Assembly (NCBI GenBank): GCA_035562675.1
Contig: DATMWF010000013.1
Coordinates: forward strand, 1-40,343
Source: Arenimonas sp.
GTDB taxonomy: Bacteria; Pseudomonadota; Gammaproteobacteria; Xanthomonadales; Xanthomonadaceae
Length of the DNA: 40,343 nucleotides
Reading direction: 5' to 3'
Translations under genes and position numbers: made by a program
In this document: piece after piece, positions 1-8,439 of the stretch
How positions within the stretch are numbered: position 1 is the stretch's first letter
How the letters are laid out: the number at the start of each line of letters is the position of its first letter
Notes under the pieces: generated by a model
What the model was told of the DNA's origin: nothing
The model's input: the letters and a program-made list of their open reading frames with translations, nothing else
Database searches by the model: none

Positions 1-608
1 GTGCCCTGGAACAGCTGGAAATACATGGCATCCACCTTGGCCAGCCCGTCCTTGCTGCTTAACGCGCCGATCGCCAGACCACCCAAAAGAAGCAGGGCGG
101 TTTTGCCGGTCACCACTTCACGTACATCATGCCAACGGATGCCCTTGGCACCCTTTGCCAAAGCCAGCCCGATCAGAATGGCGGGGATTTCCATGACCAC
201 CACCAACGCGACCAGGACCGCATCGGCCGGCTGTCCCGAGCGCTCGCTGAATTGCTGCGCGGCGATGAAGGTAACCGCTGAAACAGACCCGAAGTGCGCG
301 GCAATGGCGGCGGCGTCGATGCGGCTGTCGCGCAGCCAGGTTTTCGCCAGGAAGTAGGCGCTGACTGCGGTAACGACCCCAAGAACGAACGTCGCCGCGA
401 TGAATGCGGCAAGATCGTCCGGCGCGTCCTTGCGAAGGGCTACGCCGCCTTTCAAGCCAATGGCCAGCAGCAGGAATATCGACAGGTAACTCTGTATGGC
501 AGCCGGTATTTCCAGGTCGCTCCGCAGGCCGCGTGCAATAAGCCCCAGCGCGAACGCCAGCACGACCGGGGACAGCAGATTGGCGGCGAGCAGTTCCGTC
601 GAGAACAT
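1..608 (-). CDS. sbtA: Sodium-dependent bicarbonate transport family permease (SbtA-like); runs off the window edge
   Basis: Not in the ORF track because its stop lies outside the window. Manual translation from ATG at 608 gives MFSTELLAANLLSPVVLAFALGLIARGLRSDLEIP...SIFLLLAIGLKGG...AAIAAHFGSVSAVTF...MEIPAI, which are SbtA-family motifs in a hydrophobic protein. GAGG RBS upstream. Confidence 0.85.
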   Translation of the reverse strand, partial: MFSTELLAANLLSPVVLAFALGLIARGLRSDLEIPAAIQSYLSIFLLLAIGLKGGVALRKDAPDDLAAFIAATFVLGVVTAVSAYFLAKTWLRDSRIDAAAIAAHFGSVSAVTFIAAQQFSERSGQPADAVLVALVVVMEIPAILIGLALAKGAKGIRWHDVREVVTGKTALLLLGGLAIGALSSKDGLAKVDAMYFQLFQG

Positions 609-615
609 CTAAGCC

Positions 616-1143
616 TCAGGTTTCCGCTTGATAGCGTGCGGGGGCGGAGTTGAAGTGCCCGCAGGCGCCGCAGGTCCTGCGCTCGGTGGACCGGTAGAAG
701 TTCTCGAAGACCGCATGGAACTGGTTTTCAATGTCGACCAGATGGAAAAACTCCTCGTACAGTTTGCTGTTGCACGATTCGCAGAACCACATCAAGGCGT
801 CCCGCTCGTGCGCCAGGCGCTTTCTTTCGATCACAAGGCCGACGGAGCCGGCGCTGCGCTGCGGCGAGTGGGGGACATGGGGGGGAAGGTAGAAGATTTC
901 GCCGGCTGCAATCGGTATGTCCCGGACACGCCCGTCTTCCTGGACACGCAGGACCATGTCGCCTTCCAGCTGGTAGAAAAACTCCGGGCCGTCTTCGTAG
1001 TGGTAATCGGTCCGCTCGTTCGGGCCACCGACGATCATGATGATGTAATCGGCGTCAACGATGCATTTGTTGCCGACCGGCGGCTTCAGGAGATGCCGGT
1101 TTTTCTCGATCCAGGCCTGTAGATTGAAGGCGTTCAGCAGCAT
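616..1143 (-). CDS. nbaC: 3-hydroxyanthranilate 3,4-dioxygenase
   Basis: [40 protein letters not shown] and two rubredoxin-like CxxC pairs (CESC, CGAC). Confidence 0.95.
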   Translation of the reverse strand: MLLNAFNLQAWIEKNRHLLKPPVGNKCIVDADYIIMIVGGPNERTDYHYEDGPEFFYQLEGDMVLRVQEDGRVRDIPIAAGEIFYLPPHVPHSPQRSAGSVGLVIERKRLAHERDALMWFCESCNSKLYEEFFHLVDIENQFHAVFENFYRSTERRTCGACGHFNSAPARYQAET

Positions 1144-1571
1144 GGTTTATTCTCCTGGCTGGCGATGCATTTCAGCTCGATGGCGATGGGTGTCGGCAGG
1201 GCGCTGATGCCCAATGTCGTGCGGCAGGGCGCTTGGCCGGCATCGGGGAAGTGTTCCGCCCATATCCGGTTGTAGACCGGGAAGTCGTTTTCCATGTCGG
1301 TCAGGTAAACGGTGACGTCAATCAGGTCGTCCCAGCCTGCGCCGGCGCTTTCCAGCACCGCCTTGACATTGGCGAACACCGACCGGCATTGAGCGGCGAT
1401 ATCGTAGTGCTGCAGCTTCCCTGATGCGTCATAGACATTGCCGGGAATGCTGTTGTCGGCAGCTGAACGCGGGCCGATGCCTGACAGGAACAGCAGGTTG
1501 CCGGACCTGCGCGCATGCGGGTACGAACCGACCGCTTTCGGCGCCAGCTCGGCATGGATGGCCTCACTCAT
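1134..1571 (-). CDS. RidA/YjgF-family protein, probable 2-aminomuconate deaminase
   Basis: Start moved to ATG 1571 ([22 protein letters not shown]). Motifs [18 protein letters not shown] and [21 protein letters not shown]; kynurenine-pathway context. Confidence 0.85.
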   Translation of the reverse strand: MSEAIHAELAPKAVGSYPHARRSGNLLFLSGIGPRSAADNSIPGNVYDASGKLQHYDIAAQCRSVFANVKAVLESAGAGWDDLIDVTVYLTDMENDFPVYNRIWAEHFPDAGQAPCRTTLGISALPTPIAIELKCIASQENKPCC

Positions 1572-2220
1572 GCGCGCGCTCCAGGCAGGACCTGACGGCT
1601 TCGTGGTACAGCGGCACGATCGAATCAACGCCCGGTATGCCATCGTTAAGGGCCCGGATTTTTCCGTCGCGCAGACGGTAAATCCATGCATGGACCTGGA
1701 TGGCCTGGCCACGTTGCCAGGCATCGGCGAGCACGGTGCTTTGGCAGACGTTAAGCGCCTGCTCGATGACATTCAGTTCGCAGAGCGTCTGCGCGCGCTT
1801 TTCAGGATCGAGCTGCGACAGGCCGGCCTGGTGCTTGTCCATGACATCGGCCACATGCCGCAGCCAGTTATCCGCCAAGCCGACACGCCGCCCATCAAGC
1901 GTGGCCTGTATGCCACCGCAGCCGTAGTGTCCGCAGACGATGACATGCTCGACTTTGAGCAGGTCGACGGCGAACTGCATGGTGCTCAGGCAGTTCAGGT
2001 CGGTATGGACCACGACGTTGGCGACGTTGCGGTGTACGAAAACCTCGCCGGGCTGCATGCCGGTGATCTGGTTGGCGGGCACACGGGAATCGGAGCAGCC
2101 GATCCACAGGTACTTGGGCGACTGGATCTGCTCCAGCCGGGTGAAGAATCCCGGATCTTCGGCCACGGCCTGCAGCGCCCAGGCCTTGTTTTGATCAAGC
2201 AGATAATCGAGTTCAGACAT
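1564..2220 (-). CDS. can: Beta-class carbonic anhydrase
   Basis: Zinc-site motifs WIGCSDSRVP, GEVFVHRNVAN and CGHYGCGG. Confidence 0.95.
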   Translation of the reverse strand: MSELDYLLDQNKAWALQAVAEDPGFFTRLEQIQSPKYLWIGCSDSRVPANQITGMQPGEVFVHRNVANVVVHTDLNCLSTMQFAVDLLKVEHVIVCGHYGCGGIQATLDGRRVGLADNWLRHVADVMDKHQAGLSQLDPEKRAQTLCELNVIEQALNVCQSTVLADAWQRGQAIQVHAWIYRLRDGKIRALNDGIPGVDSIVPLYHEAVRSCLERAHE

Positions 2221-3658
2221 CCTGTATTCCTATGGACACGGTTTTTGCCTCGGAGAAGAATTTCAGCGCTTCCAAGCCGCCCTCACGGCCGAAGCCGGAC
2301 TGCTTCATGCCACCGAACGGGGTCCGCAGATCGCGCTGCATCCAGGCGTTGATCCAGACGATGCCGGTTTCCAGTCCATCCGCCATGCGCTGGGCGCGCG
2401 AAATGTCGGATGTCCAGACGCTGGCCGCGAGTCCATAGCTTGAATCATTGGCCATCGCCAATGCATCGGCCTCATTCTCGAAGGCATGCAGGCTCACCAC
2501 CGGTCCGAACACCTCCTCCTGGCAGAAGCGGGAACGCATCGGCAGCCCTTCGATGACGGTCGGGGCGATGAACCAGCCATTGGCCAGTTCACCGGAAAGG
2601 TGCAGCGCCTCGCCGCCGCACAGGAGCCGACCGCCTTCCTGTTTGGCCAGTTCGATGTAGCCGAGCACTTTCTCGTAATGCGCTTTCGATATGACCGGAC
2701 CGAGACGCGTGGCCGGATCGTTCGGATCGCCCACGGCCAGCGTTTCGATCTGCCGCAGGAACGCCGCCTTGAAGCGCTCGTAAAAGGACGCCTGCACCAG
2801 CAAGCGGGAGCCGCACAGGCAGATCTGGCCGCTGTTCTGGAATCCCAGGCGGGCGATGTTGGCGAAGAGATTGTGCGCAGGCGCATCTTCGAAGACGATG
2901 GCAGGATTTTTCCCGCCCATTTCCAGCGTCACTTTTTTGAAGGTCCTGGCGCATTCCACGGCGATGGCGCGGCCAACCCGGGTGGAGCCGGTGAAACTGA
3001 TGGCCTGCACGTCCGGATGCACGGTCAGCGCGTGGCCCACGGTATCGCCCAAGCCATGGATGATGTTCAGAACCCCTGCCGGCAGGCCGGCGCTGACGCA
3101 TACTTCGGCCAGCAGCGCGGCGGACATCGGAGTGACTTCGCTGGGCTTGGCGATGACGCAGTTGCCAGCCGCCAAGGCCGGTGCGATTTTCCAGGTGAGC
3201 AGGTAAAGCGGCAGGTTCCAGGGACTGATGACGCCGACTGTTCCCAACGGCTGATGCAGCGTGTAGTTCAGTCCGGCTTCGGAATGAAAGGCCTGGTCAA
3301 GGGTCTGCTGGCAGGCCGCGGCGAAAAAACGGAAGTTCTCGATTGCGCGCGGGATTTCGATATCGCGCACGATGTGCAGCGGTTTGCCGGTATCCAGGGA
3401 TTCACAGCGGACGAAATCATCGAAGCGGGCCTGGATGCCGTCCGCCAGCGCATTCAGCCATCGTGCGCGGTCACTGGGTTTGAGCCTCGACCAGGACGGG
3501 AACGCCATGGCGGACGCTTCGGCGGCATCGGCGACGTCCCCGACGTGTCCTGCCGGGCAGTATTCGTAAAGCGATGCGGTAGCCGGGTTGAATACGCCGA
3601 GCAGGTCATCGCTGTGCGATGGCGTGAACTGGCCAGCAATGAATTGTTTTATCGCCAT
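2213..3658 (-). CDS. Aldehyde dehydrogenase, probable 2-aminomuconate-6-semialdehyde dehydrogenase
   Basis: Likely start ATG 3658 (MAIKQFIAGQF). Motifs ISPWNLPLYLLTWKIAPALA, FTGST, LEMGGKNP, GQICLCGSR and W..RDLRTPFGG, typical of the AMSDH/HMSDH group. Confidence 0.85.
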   Translation of the reverse strand: MAIKQFIAGQFTPSHSDDLLGVFNPATASLYEYCPAGHVGDVADAAEASAMAFPSWSRLKPSDRARWLNALADGIQARFDDFVRCESLDTGKPLHIVRDIEIPRAIENFRFFAAACQQTLDQAFHSEAGLNYTLHQPLGTVGVISPWNLPLYLLTWKIAPALAAGNCVIAKPSEVTPMSAALLAEVCVSAGLPAGVLNIIHGLGDTVGHALTVHPDVQAISFTGSTRVGRAIAVECARTFKKVTLEMGGKNPAIVFEDAPAHNLFANIARLGFQNSGQICLCGSRLLVQASFYERFKAAFLRQIETLAVGDPNDPATRLGPVISKAHYEKVLGYIELAKQEGGRLLCGGEALHLSGELANGWFIAPTVIEGLPMRSRFCQEEVFGPVVSLHAFENEADALAMANDSSYGLAASVWTSDISRAQRMADGLETGIVWINAWMQRDLRTPFGGMKQSGFGREGGLEALKFFSEAKTVSIGIQDV

Positions 3659-3714
3659 TTTCGCTATATCCCCGGTGCCGTCATAGGATAACGCATTCGC
3701 TTCGGCAGTTGAAC

Positions 3715-4485
3715 TTAAAGCGACTTGGTCCGGCCACCGTCTACCGGCAGGTTGATGCCATTGATGTAACCGGACATGGGCTGGCATAAAAAGGCCACGG
3801 CGTGTGCGACTTCCGCAGGCTGCGCGAAGCGCCCGGCCGGTACGCTGGCGATCATGCCGCTGGCGATGTCCTGAGTGCTTTTGCCTGAACTGGCGGCGCG
3901 CTCCTTGAGGATCTGGTCAAGACGCTGGGTCATCGTGTAGCCGGGCAATACGTTGTTCACGGTGATCCCGGCCGGACCCAGTTCGCCGGCCAATGTCTTC
4001 GCCCAGGCGGCCATGGCGCCGCGGATGGTATTGGAAACCCCCAACATCGGAATCGGTTCTTTCACGGAGGTGGAAATGATGTTGACAATGCGGCCCCACT
4101 GACCGGCCTGCATATGCGGAACAACCGCCTGCAGGAGCGTTTGGCCAGCCAGCACATGCTGCTGGAATACCGCAAGCAGCTGGCCTGCGTCGGCCTTCAG
4201 CAGGGCACCGCCGGCCGGGCCGGCGCTGTTGTTGATCAATATGTCAAAACCCGCCGAGCGGATATGTTGCAGTACCGGCTCCAGCGCATTGACATCGGCG
4301 ACAAGGAAGCCGTGACGCTGCGCTCCGGTTGCCGTCAGACTTTCACGAGCGGCCAGCAATGCCGGCTCGCGGCGGGCCAGCAGGGTGACATCGGCGCCGA
4401 GTGCCGACAAGGCCTGTGCACTGGCCAGACCGATGCCCTCTGAGCCACCGCAGACCAGGGCTTTTTTACCGGCAAGGACCGGCAT
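3715..4485 (-). CDS. Atypical short-chain dehydrogenase/reductase
   Basis: Rossmann motif CGGSEGIG, plus NNSAGP, NNVLPG and VDGG. The catalytic YxxxK is replaced by SNTIR. Confidence 0.85.
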   Translation of the reverse strand: MPVLAGKKALVCGGSEGIGLASAQALSALGADVTLLARREPALLAARESLTATGAQRHGFLVADVNALEPVLQHIRSAGFDILINNSAGPAGGALLKADAGQLLAVFQQHVLAGQTLLQAVVPHMQAGQWGRIVNIISTSVKEPIPMLGVSNTIRGAMAAWAKTLAGELGPAGITVNNVLPGYTMTQRLDQILKERAASSGKSTQDIASGMIASVPAGRFAQPAEVAHAVAFLCQPMSGYINGINLPVDGGRTKSL

Positions 4486-4826
4486 CAGTGCCTGGATCCC
4501 ACGGTACGGATCATCTGCGGCAGCAGATCTTCATCCTGGCTGCCCTGAGGCGGCTCGAGTTCTTCCATCCACAGTCCCAACTCGTCGGCGTCTTCTTCGT
4601 CCATGCCGTCGAACGAACGGAAATCGGCGTCCATCAATGCAGCCCGGGCGATGTCTTCGTTTTCAAAGCGCAGATGCTCGCCCTTGCTGTCGAACACGAT
4701 GGCTATGCCGTTTTCAGTGACCTGCAGGCGGGCCCAGACCAGCAGGTGCTCCGGGCGCGCCAGCCACCACTGTTCGGAAACGACAATGTACTCGGGTTCG
4801 TCCAGGTAATCTTCATCTTCAATCAT
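4485..4826 (-). CDS. Acidic hypothetical protein (113 aa)
   Basis: Start moved to ATG 4826 (MIEDEDYLDEPEY...). Fits between its neighbours with a 1-nt overlap and a 2-nt gap. Confidence 0.7.
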   Translation of the reverse strand: MIEDEDYLDEPEYIVVSEQWWLARPEHLLVWARLQVTENGIAIVFDSKGEHLRFENEDIARAALMDADFRSFDGMDEEDADELGLWMEELEPPQGSQDEDLLPQMIRTVGSRH

Positions 4827-4828
4827 AA

Positions 4829-5122
4829 TCAGCTCTTGGACATAACGAAACAGAATGCGGCGGCAATCAGCGCGATCAGGGCGATCCAGCCGAATATTCC
4901 CGCCAAGCGGCCGAACTGGATGAGAGTCCTGGCCTGTGGGTAGGCGTTTTGGCCGAAGCGCATGAGCCACCAGCCGTAGGGAATCCCGCCGCGCTCGGTT
5001 CCGGGCGCGAAGGCCAGGCTGCGGTCGAGGTGTTCGCGGTAAGCCAGGATGCGCATGCCGAAATGGCCGGGCAGGGCGGATCCGAAAACGCCCAGGAAGG
5101 CGAACAGCAGTCCGACCCACAT
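4829..5122 (-). CDS. Small membrane protein with two predicted TM segments
   Basis: Hydrophobic N- and C-terminal stretches; TGATG stop/start overlap with asnS. Confidence 0.7.
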   Translation of the reverse strand: MWVGLLFAFLGVFGSALPGHFGMRILAYREHLDRSLAFAPGTERGGIPYGWWLMRFGQNAYPQARTLIQFGRLAGIFGWIALIALIAAAFCFVMSKS

Positions 5123-6522
5123 CAGAATTCAGCCAGGCCCGGCGCGCGCGGGTAGGGGATGGCGTCGCGGATGTTCTGCAGGCCGCAGACATATACGACC
5201 AATCGCTCGAAGCCCAGACCGAATCCGGCGTGCGGCACGGAGCCGTAGCGGCGGAAGTCACGGTACCACTCATAGTGCGCCGGATCCAGACCGAACTGGC
5301 GCATGCGCGAGTCCAGGACATCCAGGCGTTCTTCACGCTGCGAACCGCCGATGATTTCACCGATGCCCGGCGCCAGCACATCCATCGCAGCCACGGTGCG
5401 GCCGTCGTCGTTGAGGCGCATATAGAAGGCCTTGATGTGCTCAGGGTAGTTGGCGACCACCACCGGGCGTCCGACGTGGGTTTCGGTCAGCCAGCGCTCA
5501 TGCTCGGTCTGCAGATCCAGGCCCCATTCCACGGGATAATCGAACTTGTGCCCCGAATCCTGCAGCAGCCTGATCGCATCGGTGTACTCGATGCGCTCAA
5601 ACGGCGCGGCGATGAACTGTTCCAGTTTGATGATGGCGTTTTTTTCAACGCGCTCGGCCAGAAAAGCCAGGTCGTCCATGCGCTCGTCAAGTACCGCCTT
5701 GAAGATGTACTTCAGGAATTTTTCGGCCAGCAGGGCATCGTCGTTCAGGTCGGCGAAGGCGATTTCCGGTTCAATCATCCAGAACTCGGCCAGATGGCGG
5801 GTGGTATTGGAATTTTCGGCCCGGAACGTCGGTCCGAAGGTGTAGACCTTGGATAAAGCCAGGCAGAAAGCCTCCACGTTCAACTGGCCGGAAACGGTCA
5901 GAAACGCCTCTTTGCCGAAGAAATCCTTGGAAAAGTCGACCTCGCCCTTGGCGGTGCGCGGCAGGTTCATCATATCCAGCGTGGAAATGCGGAACATCTG
6001 GCCGGCGCCTTCGGCGTCTGATGTTGAGATGATCGGCGTGTTGACCCAGTAAAACCCCTGTTCATGGAAAAAGCGGTGCACGGCCTGCGCCATGCTGTGC
6101 CGGATGCGGGTCACCGCGCCGAACAGGTTGGTGCGCGGCCGCAAATGCGCCACTTCGCGCAGGAATTCCAGGCTATGCGCCTTGGGCTGGATTGGATAGG
6201 TTTCCGGATCGTCCACCCAGCCGACCACCTCGATTTCGGTGGCCTGCAGCTCAAAAACCTGGCCTTGCCCTTCGGAAACGGCGACGACTCCCGTCGCCCT
6301 GACGGAGCAGCCGGCGGTCAGCTTCTTCACTTCGATGTCGTAATTGCCCAGAATGGAGGGGGCAACCACCTGGACCGGGGCGAAGCAGGAACCGTCGCTG
6401 ACGTTGATGAACGACAGACCGGCCTTGGAATCGCGCCGGGTGCGGACCCAACCTTGCACGGTAACGGTTTCACCGGCCGCCAGTTTGCCGCCCAGCACCT
6501 GTTGAACGCTTGCAACAGCCAT
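5122..6522 (-). CDS. asnS: Asparagine--tRNA ligase
   Basis: [48 protein letters not shown] and GFGLGFER. Confidence 0.97.
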   Translation of the reverse strand: MAVASVQQVLGGKLAAGETVTVQGWVRTRRDSKAGLSFINVSDGSCFAPVQVVAPSILGNYDIEVKKLTAGCSVRATGVVAVSEGQGQVFELQATEIEVVGWVDDPETYPIQPKAHSLEFLREVAHLRPRTNLFGAVTRIRHSMAQAVHRFFHEQGFYWVNTPIISTSDAEGAGQMFRISTLDMMNLPRTAKGEVDFSKDFFGKEAFLTVSGQLNVEAFCLALSKVYTFGPTFRAENSNTTRHLAEFWMIEPEIAFADLNDDALLAEKFLKYIFKAVLDERMDDLAFLAERVEKNAIIKLEQFIAAPFERIEYTDAIRLLQDSGHKFDYPVEWGLDLQTEHERWLTETHVGRPVVVANYPEHIKAFYMRLNDDGRTVAAMDVLAPGIGEIIGGSQREERLDVLDSRMRQFGLDPAHYEWYRDFRRYGSVPHAGFGLGFERLVVYVCGLQNIRDAIPYPRAPGLAEF

Positions 6523-6625
6523 ACTTGAAATCTCCGGATATCGACACTATGTATTGCTATAGAATAACCGCTATGGCGGGATTCCCCAATAATGTTTCGC
6601 ATCCAAAGATTGAAAAGGCGTCCAT

Positions 6626-6964
6626 ATGTCGGTAACACTCACGCAAAACGCGGCAGACCGCGTCAAACAATACCTGTCCCAGACCCCGGGTGGCATCGGG
6701 TTGTCCGTGGCCGTCAGAAAGAGCGGCTGTTCCGGGTGGGCCTATGTGGTTGATATCGCCAAGGAAGTCAAGGACGGCGAACAGGTTTTCGAAAGCCACG
6801 GCATACAGGTCCGCGTGCCTGACGGCTCCCTTGAGCAGTTGGCCGGCACCGAAATCGACTTCGTCAGCGAAGGCCTGAACCAGCAGTTCATGTTCCGCAA
6901 CCCCCGGGTGACCGGCGAATGCGGCTGCGGCGAAAGCTTTACCACGGCTGAAGAAAAGGCCTAA
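6626..6964 (+). CDS. A-type Fe-S carrier (IscA/SufA/HesB family)
   Basis: SGCSGWAY and NP....CGCGESF. Confidence 0.92.
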   Translation: MSVTLTQNAADRVKQYLSQTPGGIGLSVAVRKSGCSGWAYVVDIAKEVKDGEQVFESHGIQVRVPDGSLEQLAGTEIDFVSEGLNQQFMFRNPRVTGECGCGESFTTAEEKA

Positions 6965-6978
6965 CTGCCCGTTCCAGC

Positions 6979-7007
6979 TTGTCTTTTTGCTGAATTCCTG
7001 TGATAAT
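6979..7007 (+). promoter_or_regulatory. Sigma70-type promoter of the rpsF operon
   Basis: TTGTCT-N17-GATAAT. Confidence 0.6.
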
Positions 7008-7027
7008 AGCGGGCTCTCTAACCGAGA

Positions 7028-7099
7028 GTTCTTGCTCCACTGCAATCGTGCGGGGGGCTGATTGGCTTAACCGCCAGTACATCCACAAGGAATATTTCT
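7028..7099 (+). promoter_or_regulatory. Probable S6:S18 ribosomal-protein leader (autoregulatory RNA)
   Basis: CTTGCTCC...GGGGGCTG...CCG...CCACAAGG directly upstream of rpsF; CTTG can pair with the CAAGG RBS, as in known S6:S18 leaders. Confidence 0.55.
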
Positions 7100-7525
7100 A
7101 TGCGTCATTATGAAGTTGTGTTCATGGTCCATCCGGACCAATCCGAACAAGTGCCGGCCATGGTCGAGCGCTACAAATCCCTGATCGAAGGTTCCAACGG
7201 AACCATCCACCGCCTTGAAGACTGGGGCCGCCGCCAACTGGCGTATCCGATCGAGAACCTGGTGAAAGCCCATTACGTGCTGATGAACATCGAGTGCGAC
7301 CAGGCCGTGCTGACCGAACTGACCGACAGTTTCCGTTTCAACGACGCAGTCCTGCGCAACCTCGTGCTGTCCATGGACGAAGCCGCCACCGAGCAGTCCT
7401 TGATCATGAAGCACAAGGACGACAAAGTCAGCGACCGCCGCCGCCGTGACGACGACAGCGTAGAAGCCGACGTCGAGAGCGAAGAAGCCGAAACCGTCGA
7501 CGCCGACACCACCGCAGCCGAATAA
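7100..7525 (+). CDS. rpsF: 30S ribosomal protein S6
   Basis: [33 protein letters not shown] and an acidic tail. Confidence 0.98.
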   Translation: MRHYEVVFMVHPDQSEQVPAMVERYKSLIEGSNGTIHRLEDWGRRQLAYPIENLVKAHYVLMNIECDQAVLTELTDSFRFNDAVLRNLVLSMDEAATEQSLIMKHKDDKVSDRRRRDDDSVEADVESEEAETVDADTTAAE

Positions 7526-7540
7526 GCTAAAGGACCCTAT

Positions 7541-7771
7541 ATGTCTAAATTTTTCCGTCGCCGCAAATTCTGCAAGTTCTCCGCCGAAGGCGCCAAAAGC
7601 ATCGATTACAAAGACCTGAACACCTTGCGCCAGTACGTTTCCGAAAACGGCAAGATCGTTCCCAGCCGCATCACCGGAACCAAAGCCAAGTACCAGCGCA
7701 TGCTGCAGGCCGCCATCAAGCGCGCCCGTTTCCTGGCCCTGATTCCTTACACCGACAACCACGACGTCTGA
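7541..7771 (+). CDS. rpsR: 30S ribosomal protein S18
   Basis: [26 protein letters not shown] and [12 protein letters not shown]. Confidence 0.98.
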   Translation: MSKFFRRRKFCKFSAEGAKSIDYKDLNTLRQYVSENGKIVPSRITGTKAKYQRMLQAAIKRARFLALIPYTDNHDV

Positions 7772-7838
7772 TTCCGGACGTTGTACGGACAGCACAAGCT
7801 GCGGGTGCATGCGCCCGCTAACGTATTTTGGAGCAGTT

Positions 7839-8291
7839 ATGAAAGTTATTTTGTTGCAGAAAGTCACTAATCTGGGCGGTTTGGGCGACCAAGTCGACGT
7901 CAAGCCGGGCTACGGCCGCAATTTCCTCATTCCTTACGGCAAAGCGGTGCCGGCGACCGCCGACAACGTGGCCGCCTTTGAAGCCAAGCGCGCCGAATAT
8001 GAAGCCAAAGCCGCTTCTATCCTGGCCGCCGCCGTCAAGCGCAGGGATGAACTGGAAGGCGCCGCAGTGACCATCACCGCCAATGCGTCGGCCGAAGGCA
8101 AGCTGTTCGGTTCGGTCGGCACCCGCGATATCGCGGAAGCCTTCACCGCCGCCGGCCATAAGCTGGAAAAGTCGGAAGTGGTCATGGGCGAAGGTCCGCT
8201 GCGCCGCACCGGCGAATTCGAGGTCATCGTGCACCTGCATGCCGACGTCGAAACCAAAGTGAAAGTGACGGTCGCTCCCGAAGCGGCTTGA
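7839..8291 (+). CDS. rplI: 50S ribosomal protein L9
   Basis: Start ATG 7839 after [29 protein letters not shown] and GKLFGSV. Confidence 0.97.
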   Translation: MKVILLQKVTNLGGLGDQVDVKPGYGRNFLIPYGKAVPATADNVAAFEAKRAEYEAKAASILAAAVKRRDELEGAAVTITANASAEGKLFGSVGTRDIAEAFTAAGHKLEKSEVVMGEGPLRRTGEFEVIVHLHADVETKVKVTVAPEAA

Positions 8292-8309
8292 TCCAAGGCA
8301 ACACCATGG

Positions 8310-8337
8310 AAAAACCGCCTTCGGGCGGTTTTTTTTT
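8310..8337 (+). terminator. Intrinsic terminator, possibly bidirectional
   Basis: AAAAACCGCC-TTCG-GGCGGTTTTTTTTT. Confidence 0.9.
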
Positions 8338-8358
8338 GCCATTTGCCCATTTAGACGC

Positions 8359-8425
8359 TTATCCACAGACTTATGCGCAACGTTTTTGCGGATAAAGCGG
8401 TACGATATATGCAGCCGTATCCACC
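8359..8425. promoter_or_regulatory. DnaA-box cluster upstream of dnaB
   Basis: Perfect TTATCCACA (8359-8367); inverted 1-mismatch TGCGGATAA (8387-8395); 2-mismatch TTATGCGCA (8371-8379) and GTATCCACC (8417-8425). Confidence 0.65.
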
Positions 8426-8439
8426 CGAATTGAGATGTT

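Noticed and set aside
2486-3691. 401-aa plus-strand ORF
   Set aside because: Shadow of the aldehyde dehydrogenase.
4827-5381. N-terminal part of the 298-aa ORF 4485..5381
   Set aside because: Out-of-frame overlap with asnS and the membrane-protein gene; only the last 113 aa look coding.
7526-7540. Absence of priB between rpsF and rpsR
   Set aside because: Normal for Xanthomonadales; useful only as a taxonomic clue.
8338-8439. Possible oriC because of the DnaA boxes
   Set aside because: Only about 100 bp, no clear AT-rich unwinding repeats, and no dnaA/dnaN/gidA context; a regulatory site is more plausible.
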